Below the pieces are notes generated by a model. The model was not told where the DNA came from. It did no database searches and was given only the letters and a program-made list of their open reading frames with translations. A stretch of DNA of 64,000 nucleotides from Bilabrum cf. latius (lineage: Eukaryota): positions 124,001 through 188,000 of the forward strand of contig OZ237774.1 of NCBI GenBank assembly GCA_965178125.1, written 5' to 3'. The first letter of the stretch is position 1, and each line of letters opens with the position of its first letter. Both the position numbers and the translations under genes were made by a program. Below are positions 39,043 through 51,035 of this stretch, piece by piece.

Positions 39043-40734
39043 CACCCAATCATAGCAGCCTATTGTTACCGTTGCAGTCTCGCCGGTTCTAGCTGGATCC
39101 CGTCTGCCGCCGCTGTCTGACTTTGGCTCGTTCAGCGCTTCATTTACTCGCTGGCCACCCGCTTGAAACGTGACGCCAGGCAGATCAAGCTAGTATTTGC
39201 GATTCATGAGAACATGGTCGTATGAACCGGGCCCGATTCGCATATTGGTAGCTGCGCCAGCGGTGTCTGCGACGCGTATCCAACCGGAACGGTGAAAGGA
39301 CATGGCGGCGAAAATATGCTAAATCTTCGAACATGAGAGCATTCGCTGGATCAAATTAGGCATACAATAGACACCAGTATGGCAACTGTACCAGTCACTC
39401 ACTCTATTGGACTGCTTTCCTGTTGGAAACCTTCTGTTCTTGGAAGTTTCCGAAGGCATTTCTGGCTGGAGCGGGGTCCTTAGCAGTATCTGCCGTATTG
39501 ACAAGTCGACTGGACTTGTAACCTACGGAATAAAACGACACACACGGCGCTAGATTGTGTCAACATATGCAGTTTGCTCGATGTTACGCCTTGGCGAGCA
39601 GTGCTAGATCTACTCACTGGTGTTCTAATGGGGCGGACCAGCCTTGGTCTACCTACTGGGGAAATCAGCTACAGTATTATTCATCCTATTGCCGGGCAAT
39701 AGAGTCTGAATAATACTAAGCTTGTTTGTGTGGCAAAAAGTGGGGGACACTGTCTGTGTAAAACTGAATTAAATTCAACCACACATAACAAATCACTTAC
39801 CCGCCAAGACCTACATCTTGCCAGAAAGAACTAAAAGGGGTGGCCGAAGCGAGTTGCCCCAACGCGATCCCCAAATTGCCCCCACCATCCCATCAATCCC
39901 TGACATCCCAGTCCTCTCTGCCTGCGCGAAGCTATTCATCGCTTCGGGAGGACGACGTCTGCGAGTGCTATGAGCCTCTACCATTCCAGCAAGCACGATT
40001 CCATGCTGCCTCCGGACAGAGTGAATGATTTTATTCAAACTGGCCTCGGGATCAACCATGATCTAATTCCTGCCCCCTGTCTGCTTCTACTCTGGAGCCC
40101 CACTGACTGTCCTTCCGGAGTCTCTTCCCAACCAATACCTTCGTACGGTTCAGTTACACGTTCTCATACTATCCTATCATCAAAACCATGTCAAGGCCCT
40201 CCGCACGAGCAAGCGCAAGTATATGTCTTCTCGAACTCGGGATACCCCGTCACCTGCAACTACCAACTGTTGTACAACTGCTTCTCTTCCAATGAACTGT
40301 CTTCGTTAGGTCCAACCCTCAAAAAGGGATATACTACTGAGCAAGGAATACCATGGCATGACAGCCGGGAGTTGGAGTTGTGAGTGCCAGAAGTGGGGGT
40401 GCTCGAGCTCTAAACGGCTACATCGCTTTCGCGCGCAGCCGCACAGGATTAACCTGCCGCGTTAGACGCCCTAGCCAACCACCAGCACCTCAAACACAAG
40501 GTTCAACTATCGAGTAATATGTTTCTGCTGTCACTCTACCCGTAGATGACCGTATCGGTTCGCGCTGAGGCTGAAGACGACAGGACTAGACAATTAGGTC
40601 ACCGAGGGTCCGGGTGCGAATCACCAGCTGTCGGACCCCCCAAACAGGCAGCACAGACAAACTCCACATATTAGTTCTCAAGTATACCGCGTGTTGCACT
40701 TACAACTCCATGGTATTTCCCCATGGGGACACTT

Positions 40735-43056
40735 GGGGGGGATCTGATATTTTGTGGACTCAACTCAAAAGCGCACGCTATCACGAAGAAACATCTGGAA
40801 CGAGGGCCCGGGACCTACCAGACTTCACGCTTCAGCTGCAATGGCCTAAACCACCTAAGCTCCACCCTGGGGACCCATTTCCCCATGGGGAGCGTCAGCA
40901 TTCACGTTCCCTCCGGCGCCCGCTGCCGGCACCCCGTCCTGCTGCCCGTTCTGAGCCAACCCTGCCTTGACGTTGGCGATCGCCACGGCGAGGTTGTTGT
41001 TTTCGGCTGCCCCTACAGCCAGGCTGGCAAAGTCCTCTCGGACCGCCCTTGCGAGCGCCCGTTTGGCCTTCGCTGCAGCCCTCCTCGATCCCTTCGAGAC
41101 AAAATCGAGGATCCTTGAGTGGTCCTGCATGACCCGTGAGTACATAGTGTGGTACACACGCTGTTCCCCGCGCACGTGCTGGTGCTAGGCGGCAACGGAG
41201 AGGCGAGCCTTTGCCACGGAAGACCACGAGAGGCGCGCGTTGGCCGGACGAGTCGGAACCCGCCGCCCTTTGTCCTCCTGCCTCTTCTTCCGCAGCTTAT
41301 CGAGCACCTACAGGAACTCGACCGACTTCTCCCCGATCCCCCCCAACACGTCCACCACGAAGGGTACGACCCGCACGCCACTGCGTACCGCCCCTTTCTG
41401 CGTCCTCACGGTCCCAGGACACCACTTGTCTTCTCCTCCGATCCGGACGCCGAGCGCTCCGAGGTCGACGGGCCTGCCGTAACTGGCCAGCTTCGTGGCA
41501 TGCGCGGCCCGCAGAGCAGACCCCTCTTGCCAGTCGCTGCCAATCCTCCACGACGAGCGGTCCCACCGGTAAGTTGCCGCAGTGGAATCAACCACCGTGA
41601 CATCGATGAGATAAGCCGTCCCCTCGTGCTCAAAGAATAGGTCGCCTCGTGGCACGAGCGGACCGCGCCGACCCGGCAGCCGGGCCACTTGGCCCTCTGG
41701 CTCCCGGATAGGGCGTCTGCCCGTGGCCTCGCGGACCACCTGCTCGAGCACGTTGAGCACCCGGAAGTGCCTGCGGCCTGGAAGGCCTCCGCAGACACGC
41801 TTGTCCTTGCACGTGGCACCGTGGCGAACTGACTAGATCAGTTCGACTACCTTGCCCTGCTTCCGGCACCCCGGGCAGATCTGCGTGACGCGCCACGCCT
41901 CCCCACATGCACCGTGCGTTGCCCCAAGAGGTTGTGGGGGACAGCTGCACGGCTGTGGGATGGCGAGACGCTGGCAGAACATGCCCCGGGCATCTTCAGG
42001 CTGGACTCGGCTCAGGACAGAGAGCGGCGCATGCAGCCAAGACCCGGCTCCTTGGGACCTGGCGGCGCGGATTGTGGCTCGCGCCACTCCTGCGTACTCT
42101 CTGGTGACTGCATCGACTGGAGCGAGTCTGTCGTGCGCAAGCGGAGATGAGGCATCCCAGAGGAGCCTCTCCACCTGCACTCGCTCAGCCAGTGCCGTCA
42201 CATGGCTCTGGTTGTGCCCTCCTGCGGCACCTTCGAGAAAACGAATAACCGCCTGCGATGCAGTGGGTGCCGGCTGCTCCCCAGCCAGCTGCCTCGTCAC
42301 CCATGCCCGAAGGTCCTTCACCTCCAGGCGCCAGGGTTCAGTGGCCCCACCGCACAGCTCCATACGGGCTGCCTTCTCGGCTGGGCTGCCCAGGAGTTCC
42401 GAAGTGCGGGCTGTGTCCCACACCATACCATAGCGTGGGGGGACGTCAGCCTCCGGAACAAGTGGAAGCAACGGCAGGAGCAACGGACTCGGGAAACCAG
42501 CCATCCCGAAATTGTCTTGCTTCCCCTCTTGTACGAGTCTACAGACAAAGAGCATTGTATTGCAAGCGTTGCGCAGATCCATGCGGTGGACTGCATGACG
42601 GAATGCAAGGATTCGATTATTTTGGGATCGGCTGGCGCCGCGCACATCACGGCAACTAGATGTTCCGCATATCTCAACAAGTCTAGGCACCCATGTGCAT
42701 AACCATCCCAGTGCTGCCAGCTTGCACCACGATAAGACGCGTACCATGCACGATACGCCTGCGCCAGCGTCACCAGAGGGTTGCCCCGCGAGTCCTTGGT
42801 CAGTGGCTTGACAGCCCTGCACATGGCCACCAGTTCCGGAGCGCGGCACCCCTCCTGTTGATACATCCACGAGCCTGAATTGATATGCTACTAATCCTTC
42901 GCCCGCCCCCTGGAATGCTTCATCTACCATCTCATCCACCCCCGTGTCCTCTTCATCTTCACTCTCCTCATCTTCCTCCAAGCCCGCAGCTACTCCCATC
43001 TCGCCATCACCTGCAGCCCCAGCGCGCGATGCAGCGTGATCCTGCGCCTGCTCCAC
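40735..43056 (-). mobile_element. CRE-like non-LTR retrotransposon (Cys/His region plus restriction-like endonuclease), no intact RT seen; 5' limit uncertain
   Basis: AGSWL..P, CxC/CxxC..RH, EP..RGDL..LIDVTV, K..Y, VPFVVDVLGG and RLSVAA* follow the C-terminal motif order of RLE-type elements. The ORF runs through TAGs at 41833, 41308, 41185, 40855 and 40846 to TGA 40825. The 3' end is a C7 run. Confidence 0.8.
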
Positions 43057-43399
43057 GAGGTCCGCGTATCCGCGTCGAAGTCCGCGATGTGGGTCACCGC
43101 TGGTGGCAGATGCGATCTTCCCAGCCGGTAGCCGCCTGCGTAGGCCTGGGCCAGTGCCGCTCGCTTGGCTGCCGCAGGATCGGGCTTGGAGGCAGCGGGC
43201 CGCCGCATCCCGTGCAGCCCGAGCATGCAGCGCGCGAAGGGAGTCGAATGGGATCAGCAGCTTTAGCTACGCGTCTACATGCTGCGTGAGAAGCAGTGCC
43301 TGGTGCAGGTGTGGCAGCCCGGCAGCAGCAGGGCCCACGGAGCGACGCTGCATGGGAAGAACCCACTGCTGTAACAGTCAAGCATGTCTTGCTCAGACC

Positions 43400-46300
43400 T
43401 CATCTACGACGTCTACGCTTTACTTGTTGGGCAATAGTGCCGTCTTTCGACGTGACATTAATGGCACTATGCTCTTTGTGACTAGGCTACCTAGATAATA
43501 CTGAATCGCCACCCGCAGACCCCGTCTCATCGCCACCTGGTGCTGCTGCCCCCCATGGATCGCCACCAGCAGACCTCGTCATTTTGTCTCCAACCGACGC
43601 TGCTGGTAGTTTCAAACGATCCTAAGCTCGTTTTAGCAGTCTCTCTACCGACAGGCAGGGCCGCCTAGCAGATCGTAGCTGGGCCAGTAGATCGCTCCCA
43701 GGCACTGTATCACCCTCTGTGCCCTCGGGGGGATGCATGGCCAGCGACGCAACCAGGGAGGAGGCACAGCCAGCACCATGCCCTGCAGATGCCATGCGCG
43801 CCTCCCACGCCTCCACCAGGACTCTCATGCACTCATCATGTTTTCCAAGCACGGCCGCCATCAGCGGACCACTCCGCCACCCCGATTGCCCAGGCCCGGG
43901 GATATCTACCACTGCTATAGGGCCACGAATCTCCATCCCACCCGCCAGCTTGCCCAGCCTCAGTCGCTTGGCCAGCTCCAGCGGCCTGCCCTCCCTTGCA
44001 GCTCGGTGCACCATGACAGCATCTCGTTTGGCCTCCACGGCCCTCCTCCACCGGGCCAAATGCAGGATCCTCGGGATGAACTCCCGGATGAGCCTGGCCG
44101 TGGCTGACTTCCTTTTGTAGTCTGCTTCCTCTGCCGGGGTGTGTCCGAACTGCAGCAGTAAGGTACAATGCGCAATACGTACATGAATATGTTAGTAGTT
44201 TGAGAAGTAAACTAATCCCCAAGAAAATCCATCTCACGCTGCCCTTGGCCGTCCTGCTGGCTCCGGCCCCCAGCAGAGCGAGAGCCGAGGCGTCCTGGCC
44301 CCAGTAGGCGGCCTTATGCAGAGGGGTATCCTTGTCCTGCGGAATCAAAGGGCCAAAGACGAATATTATCATCTCAAGCCATATTCCATATCACAATCAC
44401 GTTCAAGGTCCGCAGGGGAGGACTCATGAGCAGCTATTGACTTGGATCGACCGATTTCCGGTTTCTAGACTACCGCTGGCGTGCTCCGCTCTGGTCGCGA
44501 ATTCAGCCACCCAATAGCATGCAAATATGCAAAACAAACGCATCAAATACAATCAAATTAATCAGCAAGCCAATCATAGTCATTCACATGCGAGAAACGG
44601 GCTAGGTGGGCCTGGCCGACGAACATGATACTCGAGGCAAGCAACTGCTTCGGCTCTGGAATCCGTTGATTCAACATCTAAATTCAGCACTCAGGTGCGC
44701 TGATTCCAATGGTACCAATTTAGTCGTCTAGTTCCGCTTGCATCCCGAGCTAGCCCGGCTCCAAGACACAAGCGCTCCTCGGCCACCTCACGGCCAGGCC
44801 GCACCCCTCCCATCCCGACTCACAGGGAACACAGACCAGCCAGCACGCATCCATCACCTCCAGCATGCTCCCAAATATCCAATCATCCCATCCATACATA
44901 CATCACAAACACTCACAATGTCCTCAGCATTCACATTGGCCCCCGCTGCCACCAGCGCATCCACCACGTCGGCGCGGCCACTGCGGGCTGCCCTGTGCAG
45001 CGGGGTGTACTTGTCCTGTGAGGAAGGGAAGCGAGGGAGACCAAAGGGGGGATGATAAGGAATGGCATGGAAAGGGGGACAACAGGGGGAGCCAGCGAGA
45101 GGAAACTGGGAAGCAGAAGGGTCGGCGCCGCGCAATCCACCCATAGACGGGCATCTGCCAGCCACAGGTTCCGCTGCACCCACTCGCCCCAGCAACAAGC
45201 CGGCACTGCCGGCATTCCCGCATATCAACCCACAATCCCAAATACAATCACACAACCGCATCGCCAGACCATCCAGCCAGGACTGCGGCAAGGCTGGCTG
45301 GTGGTCATGGTTGCAAGCTCGCGAAGCGCAGTCAGCTGAAGGTGGTAGATCGCAAATGCTGTACCGTGTGCAAGTGGCGCCCATCGGACGCAGCTCCACG
45401 AGAGGACTCAGAATCTGGTTGGATCGCCGTGTGGCTCCGCCTGCATCCCGAGCTAGCCCGGCTCCAAGACACAAGCGCTCCTCGGCCACCTCACGACCAG
45501 GCCGCACCACTCCCATCCCGACTCACAGGGAACACAGACCAGCCAGCACGCATCCAGCACCTCCAGCATGCTCCCATCCATCCAATCATCCCAGCCACAC
45601 ATACATCACAAACACTCACTTTGTCCTCAGCATTCACATTGGCCCCCGCTGCCAACAGCGAACCCACCACGTCGGCGTCGCCCCTTTGGGCTGCCCAGTG
45701 CAGCGGGGTGTTCTTGTACTGTGAGGAAGGAAGGCGAGGGAGACCAAGGGGGGGATGGCAGGGATGGCATGGAAAGGGAGACAAAAGGGGGATACCATGG
45801 TCGCAAGCTGGGCGATGCGCAGTCGGCTGAAATCGTTAGATCGCAAATGTTGTACCGTGTGCAAGTGGCGCCCATCGGACGCAGCTCCACGAGAGGACTC
45901 AGAATCTGGCTGGATCGCCGTGTGGCTCCGTCTGCATCCCTAGCTAGCCCGGCTCCAAGACCACAGCGCTCCATAGCCACCTCACGACCAGGCCGCACCA
46001 CTCCCATCCCGACTCACAGGGAACACAGACCAGCCAGCACGCATCCATCAACTCCAGCATGCTTCCATGCATCCAATCATCCCAGCCACACATACATCAC
46101 AAACACTCACATCATCCTCAGCATTCACGTTGGCCCCCGCTGCCACCAGCGCACCCACCAAGTCGGCGTCGCCCGTTTGGGCTGCCTCGTGCAGCGGGGT
46201 GCTCTTGTCCTGTGTGAGGAAGGAAAGCGAGGGAGGGCAAGGGGGAGATGGCGGCGAGAGGGAACTGGGAAGCAGAGGGTCGGCGCCGCGCAATCCACCC

Positions 46301-49300
46301 ATGGACGGGCCTCTGGCGCCCACAGGTTCCGCTGCACCCACTCGCCCCACCAACAAGCCGACACTAGCGGCATTCCAGCATTTACACCCACAATCCCAAA
46401 TACAAGCCCACAACCAAATCGCCAGACCATCCAGCCATTCAGCCAGGACTGCGGCAAGCCCGACCGGCGACCATGATCGCAAGCTGGGCGAAGCGCAGTG
46501 GGCTGAAGGTGGTAGATCGCAAATGTTGTATCGTGTGCAATTGGCGCCCATCGGACGCAGCTCCACGAGACGATTCATGCGCAAGCGCTCCTCGGCCACC
46601 TCACGACCAGGCCGCACCCCTCCCATCCCAACTCACAGGGAACACAGACCAGCCAGCACGCATCCATCAACTCCAGCATGCTCCCAAATATCCAATAATC
46701 CCAGCCACACATACATCACAAACACTCACAATGTCCTCAGCATTCACATTGGCCCCCGCTGCCACCAGCGGACCCACCACGTCGGCGTGGCCATTTTCGG
46801 CTGCCAAGTGCAGCGGGGTCTACTTGTTCTGTGAGGAAGGAAAGCGAGGGAGGGCAAGTCGGAGGTGGCGGGGATGGCAAGTGGGTCTCAGCAGGTCGGC
46901 GCCGCGCAATCCACCCATGGACGGGCATCTGGCGCCCACTGATTCCGCTGCACCCACTCGCCCCAGCAACGAGCCGGCACTGCCGGCATTCCCGCATATC
47001 AACCCACAATCCCAAATACAATCCCACAACCGCATCGCCAGACCATCCAGCCATCCAGCCATCCAGCCAGGACTGCGGCAAGGCCGGCCGTTGGCCATGG
47101 TCGCCAGCTGGGCGAAGCGCAGTCGGCTGAAGGTAGATCGCAAATGTTGTATTGCGTGCAAGTGGCGCCCATCGGACGCAGCTCCACGAGAGGACTCAGA
47201 ATCTGGTTGGATCGCCGTGTGGCTCCGCCTGCATCCCGAGCTAGCCCGGCTCCAAGACCACAGCGCTCCATAGCAACCTCACGACCAGGCCGCACCACTC
47301 CCATCCCAACTCACAGGGAACACAGACCAGCCAGCACGCATCCATCACCTCCAGCATGCTCCCATCCATCCAATCATCCCAGCCATACATACATCACAAA
47401 CACTCACAATGTCCTCAGCATTCACATTGGCCCCCGCTGTCACCAGCGGACCCACCACGTCGGCGTCCTCCACCAGGGCTGCCCTGTGCAGTGGGGTGTA
47501 CTTGTACTGTGTGAGGAAGGAAAGCGAGGGAGGGGGGGAGGGGGGGTGAGGGGTGGGAGGGCAGGCAAAGGAAAGGGGGACAAAAGGGGGACGCAGCGAG
47601 AGGGAACTGGGAAGCAGAGGGTCGGCGCCGCGCAATCCACCCATGGACGGGCCTCTGGCGCCCACAGGTTCCGCTGCACTCACTCGCCCCAGCAACGAGC
47701 CGGCACTGCCGGCATTCCCGCATATCAACCCACAATCCCAAATACAAGCCCACAACCAAATCGCCAGACCATCCAGCCATCCAGCCAGGACTGCGGCAAG
47801 GCCGGCCGTTGGCCATGGTCGCCAGCTGGGCGAAGCGCAGTCGGCTGAAGGTAGATCGCAAATGTTGTATCGTGTGCAAGTGGCGCCCATCGGACGCAGC
47901 TCCACGAGAGGACTCAGAATCTGGCTGGATCGCCGTGTGGCTCCGCCTGCATCCCGAGCTAGCCCGGCTCCAAGACCACAGCGCTCCATAGCAACCTCAC
48001 GACCAGGCCGCACCACTCCCATCCCGACTCACAGGGAACACAGACCAGCCAGCACGCATCCATCAACTCCAGCATGCTCCCAAATATCCAATCATCCCAT
48101 CCATACATACATCACAAACACTCACTTTGTCCTCAGCATTCACATTGGCCCCCGCTGCCAACAGCGCACCCACCACGTCGGCATTGCCATTTTCGGCTGC
48201 CCAGTGCAGCGGGGTGTTCTTGTACTGTGAGGAAGGACAGCCACGGAGAGCAGGAGGGGGATAACAGGGCAGGCAAGGGTAAGGAGGACAAAATGGGGAC
48301 GCAGCGAGAGGAAACTGGGAAGCAGAGGGTCGGCGCCGCGCAATCCAACCATGGACGGGCCTCTGGCGCCCACAGGTTCCGCTGCACCCACTCGCCCCAG
48401 CAACAAGCCGGCACTGCCGGCATTCCCGCATCTACACCCACATTCCCCAATACAATCCCACAACCGAATCGTTAGGCCATCCAGCCATCCAGCCAGGACT
48501 GCGGCAAGGCCGGCTGGCGGCCATGGTCGCAAACTGGGCGAAGCGCAGCCGGCTGATGGCGGCAGATCGCAAAAGTTGTATTGCGTGCAGGTGGCGCCCA
48601 TCGGACGCAGCTTGACGAGAGGACTCAGAATCTGGTTGGATCGCCTTCTGATCCCGTCTTGGTGTCCCTGGAAGCAGCCCCGGCCCCATGCCCGCCCCCA
48701 CACCCACTTCAGTCCGGCTTGATACAGCCCAGTGCAGATGTACAGCCGGAGAGATGGTTATACTACTGCTTCGCGATCTTGATGAGCATATGCTACCTGC
48801 TGCGCATCCAGCATCGGGCTGTTCGTTCGCACCCCAGCCAGCCGTGGCAGGCACACCATGCCGGCGGGCGATAGGAAGAGTTTGCATGCCATTCAAGTGT
48901 AATGCAAGCAGCTCCACAGACATTTCACGCCCCCTGTCTGTCAGTATGGCACCACCTAATGGCCCCATCCTCCGCTGCGCAGGAAAGCTGAGTTTTGTCC
49001 CAGCCGCGCCGATCAAATGCCAAATGGATATGGAAGCACTTCGGAACCAAGCGAAGGGCCCCAATTCAATCACATACGAACAAAACGTCAAACAGTCCCC
49101 GTCTGCTACCCGCAACCAATTGCGCTCTGCCTGCATCGATGCAGAAGATCATGCCCAACTATTCCACCATGCCGGAAGCAGGATTCCTCGCGCTTAAACA
49201 CACCCCGCCACATGAATCAGCTTGATGCCCACGCGAAATGTCAAACAAGTCATACCATGGGCACACCACAAGCAGGTACCACGCATTACAAACCATGTTT

Positions 49301-50063
49301 CAATCGATCTAGTGGCCCGTGATGGGCCCCTGAAGAGTGCTTTCGCGTCGCCAAGGAGAATGACAGCCACGTTTGGAGCCCGATTCGCATCCATGATAGA
49401 CACGAATCACTTATTCTATGTATGGACTCACGCTATCTTGGGCATCGACTGCTCCCCCAGCCTCCAGCAGCGGCGCGATGAACGCCTTGTGTCCGTTGTA
49501 GCTCGCCCAATGCAGCGGGGTCCATTCCTTGTAGAACCTTGCTCCCTGCGATCCAATCAAGGTTGATACTTGTAAGTCATTTAAAAATGTGAGCGCCGTG
49601 GCTTGTGATTGGGCCGGTGGCAGGAAGTAGCCACGCACTCCGGATTGGTGGCAATCTAGCCTACAGCTGCAGCCGCACACGGACAAGAACCAACCGGCAA
49701 TCGATGATTCTGGCCGACACCATCCCTTTTAACACCCATATTCGCCAGTAAGTATCCCTTGTGTCTAGCACACCACCTAATATGAGTGCGCACTCACGTC
49801 TCCTGTCACGTTTGCGCTCGTCCCAGATGCCAGCGCCGACTGCAGGGCGTCTAACTGGCCGTCCTTGGCCGCTTCAAGGAGAGCAGCTGACCTGCAGAAG
49901 GTGAAGATCACTTTTAATACCATTTATCTTACTTCATGCCAAGCAAACACTACGTTTATCCTACACGTTCGGAACAAAGTCATCGAGCAATCCAGACACC
50001 AATGCGTGGCCTAACCATCCATCAAGGAGAAGTTATGCATGGAACGTTATATTGCACTCACAT
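43400..50063 (-). CDS. Ankyrin-repeat protein; exons 50063-50062, 49891-49798, ~49545-49432, 48224-48126, 47506-47408, 46828-46730, 46209-46111, 45718-45620, 45015-44917, 44336-44238, 44149-43400
   Basis: Seven 99-bp phase-0 exons each encode one TPLHxAA..G..LL.AGA ankyrin repeat between CAG| and |GTGAG splice sites. TAGs at 46820, 43622 and 43487. TGA at 43400. Confidence 0.85.
44739..48645. repeat. Six tandem ~490-720-bp units, each an ankyrin exon plus a near-identical intron
   Basis: Recurring blocks such as CTCACAGGGAACACAGACCAGCCAGCACGCATCC and GTGGCGCCCATCGGACGCAGCTCCACGAGA. Exon spacings are 703, 491, 619, 678 and 718 bp. Confidence 0.95.
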
Positions 50064-50192
50064 GGTCCAAGGATGCAGGCGGATGAGTTGTAAGTGTCGG
50101 GTAGTTTGCTGTGGGGGCTGTCACCTCTCGCTGGCAAGAGTTGCGGCACATCGTCACACCATCGCCATCCGATCCGGATCCAGAAACATTGC

Positions 50193-50662
50193 GGGGGGAT
50201 CTGATATTTTGTGGACTCAACTCAAAAGCGCACGCTATCACGAAGAAACATCTGGAACGAGGGCCCGGGACCTACCAGACTTCACGCTTCAGCTGCAATG
50301 GCCTAAACCACCTAAGCTCCACCCTGGGGACCCATTTCCCCATGGGGAGCGTCAGCATTCACGTTCCCTCCGGCGCCCGCTGCCGGCACCCCGTCCTGCT
50401 GCCCGTTCTGAGCCAACCCTGCCTTGACGTTGGCGATCGCCACGGCGAGGTTGTTGTTTTCGGCTGCCCCTACAGCCAGGCTGGCAAAGTCCTCTCGGAC
50501 CGCCCTTGCGAGCGCCCGTTTGGCCTTCGCTGCAGCCCTCCTCGATCCCTTCGAGACAAAATCGAGGATCCTTGAGTGGTCCTGCATGACCCGTGAGTAC
50601 ATAGTGTGGTACACACGCTGTTCCCCGCGCACGTGCTGGTGCTAGGCGGCAACGGAGAGGCG
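50193..50662 (-). mobile_element. 5'-truncated 470-bp copy of the CRE-like retroelement with a target-site duplication
   Basis: Matches 40736-41205 with no differences seen. Flanked by the direct repeat AGAAACATTGC at 50182-50192 and 50663-50673. Confidence 0.92.
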
Positions 50663-51035
50663 AGAAACATTGCTTTACTCATTAGTAACGCGCGGTTTTC
50701 CGGAACGCGCAGTAGTAGCGAATCAGAGTCGCTAGGCAAAAAGCACGTTACCCCGAAACCATATCAGATGTGGTTTCGTGATAGCGTGCGCTTTTGATTT
50801 GAGTTCATCTGGAACACCCCCCGCCCCTTATATAAGATCTGTATTGCCGGGGCGGCTGTGCCGAGACTGAGACAACCACAATCATGATGGGGGAGTCAAC
50901 GAACTGGGACATGATCGGCCGTTGTGCTACCCCACCACTGGCAGCCGCTTGCGCAGCTCGGGATTGCAAACCGAGCACCACTCCCCTTCGCTGGGTCTTC
51001 TGCAATCATAAATCCCAACCATTCCATTCGATGAT

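Noticed and set aside
39050-40730. Possible tRNA (including a CUA suppressor), ncRNA or gene in the AT-richer gap
   Set aside because: No cloverleaf or T-arm context and no convincing ORF even with TAG readthrough, by eye; a covariance-model search is needed to exclude it.
40700-43400. Target-site duplication for the longer retroelement copy
   Set aside because: No match to the flank GGGGACACTT was found on the other side, so the 5' boundary remains undefined.
46820-46822. TAG in an ankyrin exon aligning with TAC (Tyr) in sister exons, hinting at UAG = Tyr
   Set aside because: The position is hypervariable (Y, N, S) and is outweighed by several Gln alignments.
44739-48645. CRISPR-like array (conserved repeats with variable inserts)
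   Set aside because: Units are 490-720 bp, the variable parts are spliceable ankyrin exons, there are no cas genes, and the context is eukaryotic.
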